Assembly: GCA_020024615.1 (NCBI GenBank)
Contig: JAHHTP010000003.1
Coordinates: 4,112-68,111 of the forward strand
Direction of reading: 5' to 3'
DNA length: 64,000 nucleotides
Origin: Oscillospiraceae bacterium
GTDB taxonomy: Bacteria > Bacillota > Clostridia > Oscillospirales > Ruminococcaceae
Shown: positions 49,770 to 59,609 of the stretch, in pieces
Layout of the letters: each line of letters opens with the position of its first letter
Position numbering within the stretch: the first letter of the stretch is position 1
Program-made: the position numbers and the translations under genes
The notes under the pieces: model-generated
What the model saw: only the letters and a program-made list of their open reading frames with translations
What the model was told of the DNA's origin: nothing
Databases searched by the model: none

Positions 49770-51686
49770 TTATCTGTCATTCGGCACACAAACGGTCAAA
49801 ATCTGATGCGGTAACAGATGTGCTCGGGTGAATCCGACCAAAACACCATTTTCATATCGCAATACCGTATAACCGCTCTCAAAATTGCTGCGGTTGTATA
49901 GTGTGCAGTTGTCACCATCCCACTGCTCGGTAATATCTGCATAAGAAAGCCCATATCCAAACGGATATAGCGGCGTACCAGAAAAATAGCGATAGGTGCG
50001 GTTTTCCATGCTGTAATCTTCGAAGTCTGGCAGCTCATCCACACTGTGATAGAAAGTAACCGGCAATCTGCCACTTGGGGAAACCTTACCGAACAAAATA
50101 TCCGCCAATGCATTGCCACCCTCTGCACCTGGATAGAAACACTGCACCACGGCATCACAGTTCTCATCAGCTTCGGTTAAATTAATCGCACTGCCCGATA
50201 CATTCACAAACACCGTCGGAACATCTTCTGCCAATACGGCTTTTATCAGTTCTTTCTGTACATCCGGTAAATCTAGGGTTGTTTTATCACCCGAACTTGC
50301 ACCGTTGTATGCATCACCCTCCTCGCCTTCCATACTCGGATTTAAACCCATACACATAATGACCACATCTGCCTGTCTTACGGCTATGATCGCATCACGA
50401 ACCGCATTTTGTCCCCAGCCATGTCCCATCGTGCTGTCATAATTTTCAAAAATATGGCAGCCTTTAGCATAAACGACATCCGCACCAACCGTGTCCGCCG
50501 CATCCTGAATACCACGCAGCAGAGTGGTATATCTTGACGGAATACCATTATAGTTGCCAAGTAGCACATCAGTCGCATCTGCATTCGGACCAATAACAGC
50601 AATGGTCTTTCCCTGCATATCCGAAAGTGGCAGGATGCCGTTGTTTTTGAGCAAAACCATTGTTTCGGATGCCATTTTACGATTTAATTCCCGGTGCTCT
50701 TTGCATTCTACAACACTGAACGGAATGTCATCATATACGCAATCGTCATCAAACATTCCCAGACGAAATCTAGCAGTAAACAGCATTTCTACTGCTTTAG
50801 TGATGGTTTCCTCAGTAATCAAACCAGCTGCGACTGCTGCCTGCAAATACGGATACGCATCACCGCAGTTTAATTCACAGCCATTGTTGACTGCAAGTGC
50901 TGCACTCTCAGCACGGGTTTCAGTAATATGATGATTCTTGTCAATATCGCAGATTGCCCCACAGTCGGATACAACATAGCCCTGAAAACCGAATTCCTCA
51001 CGCAAAATTTTACGAAGCAGTGTTTCGGATGCACAGCACGCCTCACCATTGGTACGGTTGTATGCACCCATAACTGCTGACGGATCCGCTTTTTCGATGA
51101 CACGGCGGAATGCATATAAATATGTTTCGTATAAATCCTTTTCATTTACCTGTGCATCAAAAGAATGACGCTTGCTTTCCGGCCCAGAATGCACAGCATA
51201 ATGTTTTAAGGTTGCATCGCATTTGCGGTATTTCGGATCATTTCCCTCCTGTAAACCTTTTACAAACGCAATTGCCATTTCAGCAGTTAAGTACGGGTCT
51301 TCACCATAAGTTTCATGCCCTCTACCCCAGCGTGGATCACGGAAAATATTGATATTTGGCGACCAGCAGGTTAGCCCCTCATAAATTTTTGTGGAACCAA
51401 ATTGTTTGTACTGATTATATTTTGCTCTCTGTTCATCCGAAATGGCTGTCGCCACACGGTTCATCAATACGGTGTCAAAGCTTGCCGCCATACTGATTGC
51501 TTGTGGAAATACGGTTGCGCAGCCGCTTCTTGCAACACCATGCAAAGACTCATTCCACCAGTTATATTCTGGCACACCAAGTCGCTCAATGGCTGGTGCA
51601 GTGTAGCAAAGCTGAGAAATTTTCTCTGCTAATGTCATTTTAGATACCAGTTCTTTTGCTCTCGCAGCAAAATCTGTTTTCTTCAT
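49770..51686 (-). CDS. Glycoside hydrolase family 3 beta-glucosidase/beta-xylosidase (BglX-like)
   Basis: GH3 N- and C-terminal domains (SDCGAI, KHYAVHSGPE). Start at MKKTDFAARAKEL. Confidence 0.85.
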   Translation of the reverse strand: MKKTDFAARAKELVSKMTLAEKISQLCYTAPAIERLGVPEYNWWNESLHGVARSGCATVFPQAISMAASFDTVLMNRVATAISDEQRAKYNQYKQFGSTKIYEGLTCWSPNINIFRDPRWGRGHETYGEDPYLTAEMAIAFVKGLQEGNDPKYRKCDATLKHYAVHSGPESKRHSFDAQVNEKDLYETYLYAFRRVIEKADPSAVMGAYNRTNGEACCASETLLRKILREEFGFQGYVVSDCGAICDIDKNHHITETRAESAALAVNNGCELNCGDAYPYLQAAVAAGLITEETITKAVEMLFTARFRLGMFDDDCVYDDIPFSVVECKEHRELNRKMASETMVLLKNNGILPLSDMQGKTIAVIGPNADATDVLLGNYNGIPSRYTTLLRGIQDAADTVGADVVYAKGCHIFENYDSTMGHGWGQNAVRDAIIAVRQADVVIMCMGLNPSMEGEEGDAYNGASSGDKTTLDLPDVQKELIKAVLAEDVPTVFVNVSGSAINLTEADENCDAVVQCFYPGAEGGNALADILFGKVSPSGRLPVTFYHSVDELPDFEDYSMENRTYRYFSGTPLYPFGYGLSYADITEQWDGDNCTLYNRSNFESGYTVLRYENGVLVGFTRAHLLPHQILTVCVPNDR

Positions 51687-51928
51687 CTTAAATCCTCCCC
51701 CATTTTCGGTTATCCCTATCACATTTCTCCAAAGATGCAATTCCAAAGCAAAGATGTTTTCTCATCCTTCGATGCCTGTATATATCTAGGAGAAAATAAC
51801 ATAAACATTAGTTGTAATATCCCATGTATCGCTCCATAGAATCCATCAATTCAAACAAAGTTTCCTGCAAATAGGTGTGATAGCAAACTCTGTTAATTGC
51901 GAACACCATCGGAATATATTACGAATAT

Positions 51929-52459
51929 TCAAACTGAATGACTCGTAAATAGTTCTCTCTTACATTCATTATATTTCCCCTTTATTTCACTGACAAGCTG
52001 CCAGGCTATACCTCCTTTTTTGAGATATTCTGGTGCATTTTTCAAGTTCACCCACCGAGCACTGTCAACCTCTTTGGAAAGTGTAAAGTCAGCTTTTTTG
52101 ACATCAGCCCGAAATCCAAACATCAGCATATTCTTTTTCTCATGGAAATAGCTTTTGATGTAGGTCAAATTCTGCACATCCAGCCCAATTTCTTCTTCAA
52201 TTTCCCGTATAGCCGTTTGCTCAGCTGTTTCCCCTTTCTGAATAAAACCGGCCACGCAGACCTCATTCTGCTGTGACACATAGCTTTGTTTGAGCAATGC
52301 TACCTGATTATGTTCATTCACAACAGCGCAGATAACGCAGACAGAAAATTCTTCCCAGAACGGTTTCAAACACCGGTTGCAGTATGGAAGCATTCCTTCA
52401 TCACCGATTTCTTTGGGCGTCAACTTCTCCCCACAGTACGGACAATAGGCAAATGACAT
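51929..52459 (-). CDS. NUDIX hydrolase with N-terminal zinc ribbon (NudC-like architecture)
   Basis: CPYCG...CNRC zinc ribbon plus NUDIX box GETAEQTAIREIEEEIG. Confidence 0.75.
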   Translation of the reverse strand: MSFAYCPYCGEKLTPKEIGDEGMLPYCNRCLKPFWEEFSVCVICAVVNEHNQVALLKQSYVSQQNEVCVAGFIQKGETAEQTAIREIEEEIGLDVQNLTYIKSYFHEKKNMLMFGFRADVKKADFTLSKEVDSARWVNLKNAPEYLKKGGIAWQLVSEIKGKYNECKRELFTSHSV

Positions 52460-52555
52460 CTGACTCCCTCCCTTATGCTTTAAGAGTAGCACAAATCGAT
52501 TATTTTGTAAAGTATTTTTTCCACAAATGTAAAAAAATGTTCACAAACACAAGTT

Positions 52556-52584
52556 GACAAGGTATGGAATAAATGATATAATAA
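52556..52584 (+). promoter_or_regulatory. Near-consensus sigma-70 type promoter
   Basis: TTGACA-17 nt-TATAAT. Confidence 0.5.
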
Positions 52585-52597
52585 GCATATAAATAAA

Positions 52598-52780
52598 ATC
52601 GTATGAGGGAGTAGCAAGCGTAAAAACGCAGCAAGTCAACATCACTGGTCTCGTAAGTAGCCTGGCTTGCTTTAATTTGCAAGACTCATGTATAGTATAA
52701 AATTCTATACTCGAGTCCTCTATATGTCTGAAACTCAGACTCAAGTATAGCACATAACGTTATACTTGGGTCTTTTTTTA
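52598..52780 (+). promoter_or_regulatory. Candidate riboswitch leader of the P-type ATPase gene, possibly yybP-ykoY (Mn2+) type
   Basis: Sits between the consensus promoter and the ATPase gene. P1-like pairing uaugag(52604)...cucaug(52689) encloses GGGAGUAGC, hairpin GCGUAAAAACGC and GUCAACAUC. The 3' end is the terminator hairpin caagtata-(11 nt)-tatacttg plus T9 at 52742-52780. Confidence 0.45.
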
Positions 52781-52805
52781 TTATAATAAGAAAGAAGGGT
52801 ATGTA

Positions 52806-55442
52806 ATGAAGTATTACTGCAAAACCAAAGAGGATGTTCTGCAAGCGGTATCAACAACAGAAACTGGATTAACCTCTGCTGAAGCACAAAAAAGGCTGGA
52901 ACAAAATGGAAAAAACAAACTGGCTGCCGCAAAAGGCAAATCCTTAATCCGCCGTTTTTTGGAGCAGCTTGCCGATCCGATGATTATTATTCTGCTGGCT
53001 GCTGCCGGCATCAGCGGCGTACTTGCTGTTGTGGAAAACGAAAGCTTTACCGATGTTATTATTATCCTGGCTGTGGTACTAATCAACGCTGTGTTGGGTG
53101 TCTATCAGGAAAGCAAAGCAGAAAAAGCAATCGAGGCATTGCAGGAGATGTCCGCCGCCACATCCAAAGTACTGCGTGACGGAAAAGTTATCACCATCCA
53201 CAGTGAAGATCTGGTTATCGGTGATGTGATTCTGCTTGAAGCAGGTGATGCTGTTCCAGCGGATGCCAGAATTCTGGAAAATGCCAGCTTGAAGGTTGAA
53301 GAAGCTGCTTTAACCGGTGAATCGGTTCCGGTTTCCAAATTTATTGATATTATCAATTTAACGGACGGCGCGAAGGATGTGCCACTCGGCGATCGTAAAA
53401 ATATGTTGTATATGGGTTCCACTGTTGTTTACGGACGCGGCAGAGCCGTTGTCACCAATACTGGTATGGACACCGAAATGGGTAAAATTGCGGATGCACT
53501 GCAAAACGCGCAGGACGGCCAAACCCCGCTCCAATTAAAACTTACCCAGCTTTCCAAAACTCTAACCTGGCTGGTACTGGGCATCTGTATTGTTGTGTTC
53601 GGTGTACAGTTAATCAAAGCAGGCAGTTTTAATGTTGACATTTTGATGGATTCCTTTATGGTTGCCGTATCGCTGGCAGTAGCTGCTATTCCGGAAGGTC
53701 TGGCTGCGGTCGTGACAGTCGTGCTATCCATCGGTGTTACCAATATGTCCAAGCGTCATGCAATCATCCGTAAATTGACTGCTGTGGAAACACTCGGATG
53801 TGCACAAATTATCTGTTCGGATAAAACTGGTACACTGACACAGAATAAAATGACCGTTGTAGATCACTTCGGAGAAAACGAAGCAGATATTTCTGTCGCT
53901 ATGGCACTATGCAATGACGCGGAATTAAATAGTGACAGTAGTATTACTGGTGAACCGACCGAAGCTGCACTGGTTGACTGGGCAAATCGGCTGAACCTGC
54001 CAAAGTATCAGCTGAAAGAAAAATCCCCTCGTATCGGAGAGGCTCCATTTGATTCCGGCAGAAAAATGATGTCCACCATCCATCAGACGGATCACGGTTT
54101 TATCCAATATACCAAAGGCGCACCGGATGTTGTCATTGATCGATGCACCCACTATCTCGAAAACGGAAAAATGGTTCCAATGACAGCGGAGTATACCCAG
54201 AAAATTCTCACTGCTAACAAACAGATGGCAGATAAAGCACTTCGCGTTCTTGCTTGTGCCGAACGCATATGGGACACCAAACCAGAAAAATACACCCCAA
54301 AAGCACTGGAAACCGATCTCTGCTTTGTTGGCTTATGCGGTATGATTGATCCAGTTCGTCCGGAAGTCAAGGATGCAATTGTAGAATGCCGTAGCGCAGG
54401 AATCCGTCCGATCATGATCACTGGCGACCATGTAGACACTGCCGTTGCCATTGCTAAGGAACTTGGCATTATCGATGAACACACCAGAGCCATCACTGGT
54501 GCGCAGTTAAATGAACTGTCTGACGCAGAATTTGAAAAACAGTTCACCGAGATTTCAGTATATGCCCGTGTACAGCCAGAACATAAGACGCGTATCGTTA
54601 ATGCATGGAGAAAAGCTGGCTATGTTACAGCTATGACCGGTGACGGTGTCAACGATGCTCCATCCATCAAATCAGCAGATATTGGTGTCGGTATGGGCAT
54701 CACTGGTACCGATGTTACTAAAAATGTAGCCGATATGGTTTTGACCGATGATAACTTTGCAACCATCGTTGGTGCTGTTGAGGAAGGCAGACGCATCTAC
54801 GACAATATTCGAAAAGCAATTCAGTTTCTGCTTGGCTCCAATATGAGTGAAGTCTTGAGTATCTTTACCGCCACACTGCTTGGTTTTACCATCTTAAAAC
54901 CGGTTCATCTGCTTTGGATCAATTTAATCACCGACACCTTCCCAGCACTGGCTTTGGGTACCGAAAAGGCAGAACCGAACATTATGAAACGAAAACCGCG
55001 TGATGCAAAAGCGGGTGTATTCTCAGGTGGTATGGGCTTTGATATCGCATATCAAGGTATTATCGTTACCATTCTGGTTCTGACATCCTACTTTATCGGT
55101 CACTATATTGAAACAGGCGTCTGGAGCATTACAAACAGCACAGACGGCATGACTATGGCATTTTTGACCATGTCTATGGCAGAAATCTTCCATAGCTTCA
55201 ATATGCGTTCTCAGCGTCAGAGTATCTTCAAGCTCGGCAAGCAAAACAAATTGTTGCTGTTGGCTTCCCTTGGCTCACTGGTTGCAACTACACTGGTTTG
55301 TGAAGTCCCATTCCTTGCAGAAGCATTTGGGTTTGCAACTGTAGAACCGCTAGAGTATCTGATTGCCGCAGGTCTGGGATTGCTGATTATCCCGATTGTT
55401 GAAATTGTCAAGCTGATTCAGCGTAAAATCTCTAAAGATTAA
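52806..55442 (+). CDS. Cation-transporting P-type ATPase (P2-type, Ca2+/Mn2+-ATPase family)
   Basis: DKTGTLT phosphorylation site, TGDGVNDAPS hinge motif, PEGL in M4, 10 TM, 878 aa. Confidence 0.9.
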   Translation: MKYYCKTKEDVLQAVSTTETGLTSAEAQKRLEQNGKNKLAAAKGKSLIRRFLEQLADPMIIILLAAAGISGVLAVVENESFTDVIIILAVVLINAVLGVYQESKAEKAIEALQEMSAATSKVLRDGKVITIHSEDLVIGDVILLEAGDAVPADARILENASLKVEEAALTGESVPVSKFIDIINLTDGAKDVPLGDRKNMLYMGSTVVYGRGRAVVTNTGMDTEMGKIADALQNAQDGQTPLQLKLTQLSKTLTWLVLGICIVVFGVQLIKAGSFNVDILMDSFMVAVSLAVAAIPEGLAAVVTVVLSIGVTNMSKRHAIIRKLTAVETLGCAQIICSDKTGTLTQNKMTVVDHFGENEADISVAMALCNDAELNSDSSITGEPTEAALVDWANRLNLPKYQLKEKSPRIGEAPFDSGRKMMSTIHQTDHGFIQYTKGAPDVVIDRCTHYLENGKMVPMTAEYTQKILTANKQMADKALRVLACAERIWDTKPEKYTPKALETDLCFVGLCGMIDPVRPEVKDAIVECRSAGIRPIMITGDHVDTAVAIAKELGIIDEHTRAITGAQLNELSDAEFEKQFTEISVYARVQPEHKTRIVNAWRKAGYVTAMTGDGVNDAPSIKSADIGVGMGITGTDVTKNVADMVLTDDNFATIVGAVEEGRRIYDNIRKAIQFLLGSNMSEVLSIFTATLLGFTILKPVHLLWINLITDTFPALALGTEKAEPNIMKRKPRDAKAGVFSGGMGFDIAYQGIIVTILVLTSYFIGHYIETGVWSITNSTDGMTMAFLTMSMAEIFHSFNMRSQRQSIFKLGKQNKLLLLASLGSLVATTLVCEVPFLAEAFGFATVEPLEYLIAAGLGLLIIPIVEIVKLIQRKISKD

Positions 55443-55456
55443 GTTTTATGTTTACT

Positions 55457-55492
55457 GTGTGGTCTAATTTTTTCAGACCACACTTTTTTATT
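55457..55492 (+). terminator. Intrinsic terminator after the ATPase gene
   Basis: gtgtggtct-(9 nt)-agaccacac followed by ttttttatt. Confidence 0.55.
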
Positions 55493-55541
55493 GAAAAAGG
55501 CTTTTCTTTTTACACGCAATGTGCTATAATATAAATAATAT

Positions 55542-55617
55542 CTGGGTGTGGCGCAGCTGGTAGCGTGCTGCCTTGGGGTGGCAGAGGCCGTGGGTTCAAG
55601 TCCCGTCACTCAGACCA
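55542..55617 (+). tRNA. tRNA-Pro (anticodon GGG)
   Basis: Cloverleaf: acceptor CTGGGTG/CACTCAG plus discriminator A plus CCA. D-arm GCGCAGCTGGTAGCGT. Anticodon stem CTGCC/GGCAG with loop TTGGGGT. T-arm GTGGG-TTCAAGT-CCCGT. Extended -10 (TGcTATAAT) about 12 nt upstream. Confidence 0.85.
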
Positions 55618-55618
55618 A

Positions 55619-55660
55619 CGCTGAAAATCTTTATTTTTGAGGATTTCAGCGTTTTTTCTT
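55619..55660 (+). terminator. Intrinsic terminator after tRNA-Pro
   Basis: cgctgaaaatc-(loop)-gatttcagcg followed by ttttttctttt. Confidence 0.55.
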
Positions 55661-55713
55661 TTGTAATGCACCACGATGTACAAATATAGGCAAATCTATA
55701 CTATGATTTTTCT

Positions 55714-55750
55714 TCACCAAAAAAGATGGTTTTCTCTACGAAAACCATCT
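55714..55750 (-). terminator. Minus-strand intrinsic terminator
   Basis: Perfect 12-bp stem aagatggttttc-tctac-gaaaaccatctt with a T6 run on the minus strand. Confidence 0.4.
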
Positions 55751-56112
55751 TATCTACTATGAAAGCAGCTGATTGTTTTCCAGCACAATCGGTGCCAATT
55801 CTGTTTCATCGCCGTACAAATCTGCTCTCCCCAATACATGCTGCTTCCGTTCTTCACGATTGTGGAACTTCGTTGCCTGGAACGGAAATTGCGGTCCATA
55901 CTTTTCAACAAATAATAGCCTATCCTCTATTTCCAGTAAAACACCGGTATGTCCTACAAAACGCACTTCGTTCTTTTTTGCTAAGAATGAAAACTTATCT
56001 ACCCATTTTTCGCATACAGGAAAATCTGGGGCTATTTCTAAATATAATTGACTTTCCTCTCTATCAATGCTATAATGCAGATAGCAATAACATATAAAGA
56101 AAGGAAATTTAT

Positions 56113-57435
56113 ATGAATATACTGGTTATTTTTGCGGATCAGCAGCACAAATATGCGCTCGGTGCTGTGGATTCCCAGTTCATCACCCCTAACTTAGATA
56201 CACTTTGCAAGGAAGGCGTCTTGTTTGAAAACGGTTATTCCAACAATCCTGTCTGTGGACCATACCGCGGCTGCCTTATGACCGGCAGCTATACCAACCA
56301 CTGCAAAGTCATCAACAATGGTGACCCACTTCCAGATCATCTGCCGTCAATGGCACAAATTCTGCTTGACCACGGCTATATGACCGGATTTACCGGAAAA
56401 TGGCATCTCGGCGGCAATGGCGCTACCCCGATTCCAGAAAATATTCGTGGTGGATTTGAACGCTTTATCGGCTATCAGTGTTATAACGGCTTTGAACCGA
56501 AACCACCATATAACAACGCTGTCGTATTCTTCGATGAAAATAATCAGCCACATCAGTTTGACAAACACCGCACTGATGCCACTACAGATCTAGCAATCTC
56601 CCAGCTGAATGAGATGATTGCATCCGGAAAGCCGTTCTTCCAATTGGTTGGCTATCAAGCCCCACATTATCCAGAACAGCCGTCCGAAGCATTTGCAAAA
56701 CTCTATGAGGGCAAAATTTTTGACAAAACCCCAGATTTTACAGAAGTTGATCCATATACCCCAACTTACAGCCCATTCTCTCCCCGCCCATTTGAAAACT
56801 GTCCGGATTATCAACGCTATGGTGGCGATATGGATAAATATCAGCAACTATATGCAGGATTGGTCTCACAGGTGGATGCTGGTGTTGGCAGAATCATTGA
56901 AAACTTAAAGCAGCAGGGTGTCTATGAAGATACATTGATTTTGTACACCGCCGATCATGGAGATATGCAGGGAAGCCACGGACTCAAAAATAAATGCCTC
57001 CCATTTGAAAAATCCTGTGGTGTTCCATTTGTTGCAAAATACCCGAATGGCTGCAAAAATGTCCGCTCTGCTGCCCCTGTTTCGGGAATTGATATCTTCC
57101 CAACCGTCTTAGAAGCTGCCGGCATCACCGATATCAAGGCCGATGGCATTCCACTTATCCCCATTCTAACCGGTCAGGGTAAGCTGGCGCGTAATTACAT
57201 TGCCGTTGAGTCTACCATTCCAAACAACAATGAACCAGAATGGAGTGATATCCGTTATTGGCGTATGCTGCGGGATGAACAGTACAAGCTGGTTGTTTCT
57301 AGTGAAAACAACGAACCATGCTTCCTGTTTGATATGCAGAGCGACCCATATGAGCTGCACAATCTAATAAATGATCCAACCTATGCCAAACGCATCGAAC
57401 AAATGAACGCATTATTGCAGCAGGAATTAAACTGA
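56113..57435 (+). CDS. Sulfatase (Cys-type formylglycine sulfatase), no signal peptide
   Basis: Sulfatase signature PVCGPYRGCLMTGSY (C-x-P-x-R), alkaline-phosphatase-like fold. Confidence 0.8.
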   Translation: MNILVIFADQQHKYALGAVDSQFITPNLDTLCKEGVLFENGYSNNPVCGPYRGCLMTGSYTNHCKVINNGDPLPDHLPSMAQILLDHGYMTGFTGKWHLGGNGATPIPENIRGGFERFIGYQCYNGFEPKPPYNNAVVFFDENNQPHQFDKHRTDATTDLAISQLNEMIASGKPFFQLVGYQAPHYPEQPSEAFAKLYEGKIFDKTPDFTEVDPYTPTYSPFSPRPFENCPDYQRYGGDMDKYQQLYAGLVSQVDAGVGRIIENLKQQGVYEDTLILYTADHGDMQGSHGLKNKCLPFEKSCGVPFVAKYPNGCKNVRSAAPVSGIDIFPTVLEAAGITDIKADGIPLIPILTGQGKLARNYIAVESTIPNNNEPEWSDIRYWRMLRDEQYKLVVSSENNEPCFLFDMQSDPYELHNLINDPTYAKRIEQMNALLQQELN

Positions 57436-57535
57436 ATATAAAAACACAAAGCCTGAACTTCGCAGATAAAACTGGAGTCCAAGCTATTTTTATTATTTGC
57501 TTGTAAGTTCGTTTTGTGCTAACATCATATCTAAA

Positions 57536-59467
57536 TTAAATACACAGAATCGGCTCATCCGCCGCCCATACAGATGGGACATGCACACCCGGTTTAAATT
57601 CACATTCCAGATATATCGTGTCTTTATCCACATCCCTAAACGGTTGGTACTGAATATACCCTTTTCGGTCAGCAAGACGACGCACATCAATCACCCAGTT
57701 ATCGCCATACAGATAGTAATCAGAAATCATCCTTCCATCCGCCCAGAATCCGGCAAGATTGCCCTGCGCACGAATCACCAAATAGGTTGTCTGAGCATCC
57801 CATGAAATCTCATATTCTTCGGTCAGATCCGGAATATTCAAATGCCCCAACAGAAGATTTGCAGAATGGATTGAATCCACTTTCTGCACTGAGAGTTCAT
57901 GCAACGCAGTCGGCTGATATTTAATCGGTTCCACCAGCAAAATTGTGGCATCATCAATCTTATTCATGCCATCCTGCAACACGATTTTTTGTCCATCTTT
58001 CAATACTACCACCGGTTCAATCCCTGGAATTTTCTCAAAAGTCAATTCATTTTCCTGCATCAACACCGGTTGTGCAGTAATGTAGTCTATTTCCAAACCA
58101 GCTAGATTCAATCCTACTGGCATGATAAAGCAGCAGTCTTCTGGCACATTAACGGTCATGAAAATCGTTCTATCTTCCAGCACAAAGGCAAATTCTTTCG
58201 CTGGATGTGCTGGCAGTTTCAACAAACGGGTATGGTTGTTAACAAATAGAAATCCGCCCTTGCCATCGGTACGGAATGCACACCGCAGTGTTATATGGTC
58301 ATCGGTATCTTTCGGCGTAATATCTGGTAACAACGAATCCATTGGTGCCAGCATATGACCGAAATTGTGCAGAAACTCATGAATGCGTCCCAATTTGAAA
58401 TAACTTTCCCTAAACTGTCCCTGGTCGCCGATTGGTGACTGGAAATCATAGGATAACACTGGACAATCGTTGGGGTAACCAGTCGCTTTGCTTTCCTGCA
58501 TCGTGGTTTTTCCAAGCGGATTGATGCCGCCGTGATACATATAGTACCCCAACAAATTAACACCATTTCCAATTTTCGTTATGATTAATGAAACAATATC
58601 CAACGCTGAAAACAGCGGTCTGCGGTGATAGGTCACCTGATTGCCGCCGCCCACTTCGCAGGTCAGATACGGATATTTTCCGGCATATTTGTCTTTCTGC
58701 GCTTTAGTTTCTCCAAGCAAATCCGCTCCAATCAAACCATCCCACCGCTGATGCGAAAAGAAAAAGTTGCTGTTTGATAACATCGGATCAATATTCTGGG
58801 TCCACGGTGCTTCCGGGTATCCGCCGAACATTGGCAGCAGCGTGTCCGGAAGCTCTGCATCCCCCCATGCAGTTGCCGTAAACAGTGGTGCTTTTAACCC
58901 TTCATCCACCACCATCTGACGCACCATTTCCAAATATTCCGGATGACAGGTCATCTCGTTTTCAATTTGAATGCCAAATAGTGGCAGTCCTTTTACCTGC
59001 TGGGCAACCGCATGAATATATCGGCGCACATACCCGATATATGGCTCTGTATTCGAACGTAGTGTGTCTTTACACTCTGTACAAAGCCAATCCGGAAAGC
59101 CACCATTGCGACACTCTCCGTGTGCCCATGGTCCGATACGTAGACAGAATTCCAATCCCGTTTCATGACATAATTCAATAAACCGGCGAATATTGCGATT
59201 CCCCGAAAAATCAAAACTACCTTTATCCTCCTCATGATGAATCCAGAACACATAGGATGCTACTATATCCACACCGCCGTCCTTGAGCTTCTGCAATTCT
59301 TCTTCCCAGCTATACGCATCAAAACGGCTGTAATGGAACTCTGCCATAACCGGCAGCCATGGCTTTTTATCCTTTAATAGCATACGATTGGTAACGGTAA
59401 TTTTATCATCCCCGAATTCCGGCAGAATTTTTGTCGCCGGGCGGGAAAAACTTGCATCAAATTTCAT
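57536..59467 (-). CDS. Glycoside hydrolase family 35 beta-galactosidase, no signal peptide
   Basis: GH35 TIM barrel: GGVDIVASYVFWIHHE..., GIQIENE. Start at MKFDASF. Confidence 0.8.
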   Translation of the reverse strand: MKFDASFSRPATKILPEFGDDKITVTNRMLLKDKKPWLPVMAEFHYSRFDAYSWEEELQKLKDGGVDIVASYVFWIHHEEDKGSFDFSGNRNIRRFIELCHETGLEFCLRIGPWAHGECRNGGFPDWLCTECKDTLRSNTEPYIGYVRRYIHAVAQQVKGLPLFGIQIENEMTCHPEYLEMVRQMVVDEGLKAPLFTATAWGDAELPDTLLPMFGGYPEAPWTQNIDPMLSNSNFFFSHQRWDGLIGADLLGETKAQKDKYAGKYPYLTCEVGGGNQVTYHRRPLFSALDIVSLIITKIGNGVNLLGYYMYHGGINPLGKTTMQESKATGYPNDCPVLSYDFQSPIGDQGQFRESYFKLGRIHEFLHNFGHMLAPMDSLLPDITPKDTDDHITLRCAFRTDGKGGFLFVNNHTRLLKLPAHPAKEFAFVLEDRTIFMTVNVPEDCCFIMPVGLNLAGLEIDYITAQPVLMQENELTFEKIPGIEPVVVLKDGQKIVLQDGMNKIDDATILLVEPIKYQPTALHELSVQKVDSIHSANLLLGHLNIPDLTEEYEISWDAQTTYLVIRAQGNLAGFWADGRMISDYYLYGDNWVIDVRRLADRKGYIQYQPFRDVDKDTIYLECEFKPGVHVPSVWAADEPILCI

Positions 59468-59609
59468 AAAAAGTCCCTCACTTTCTTCTTTTACTATACC
59501 ACAGATCAAAACACAATACAAGCCCTCTTATGCTTGCAAAAATACCTCCCGCAATTTCCATAAAAATCATGGGAGGTTATATTATGTATCAATATGGCAG
59601 CAGGCTGAA

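Noticed and set aside
55726-56097. 123-aa plus-strand ORF between tRNA-Pro and the sulfatase
   Set aside because: His/Pro/aromatic-rich, non-protein-like composition. It overlaps a more coding-like minus-strand frame that ends at a strong terminator.
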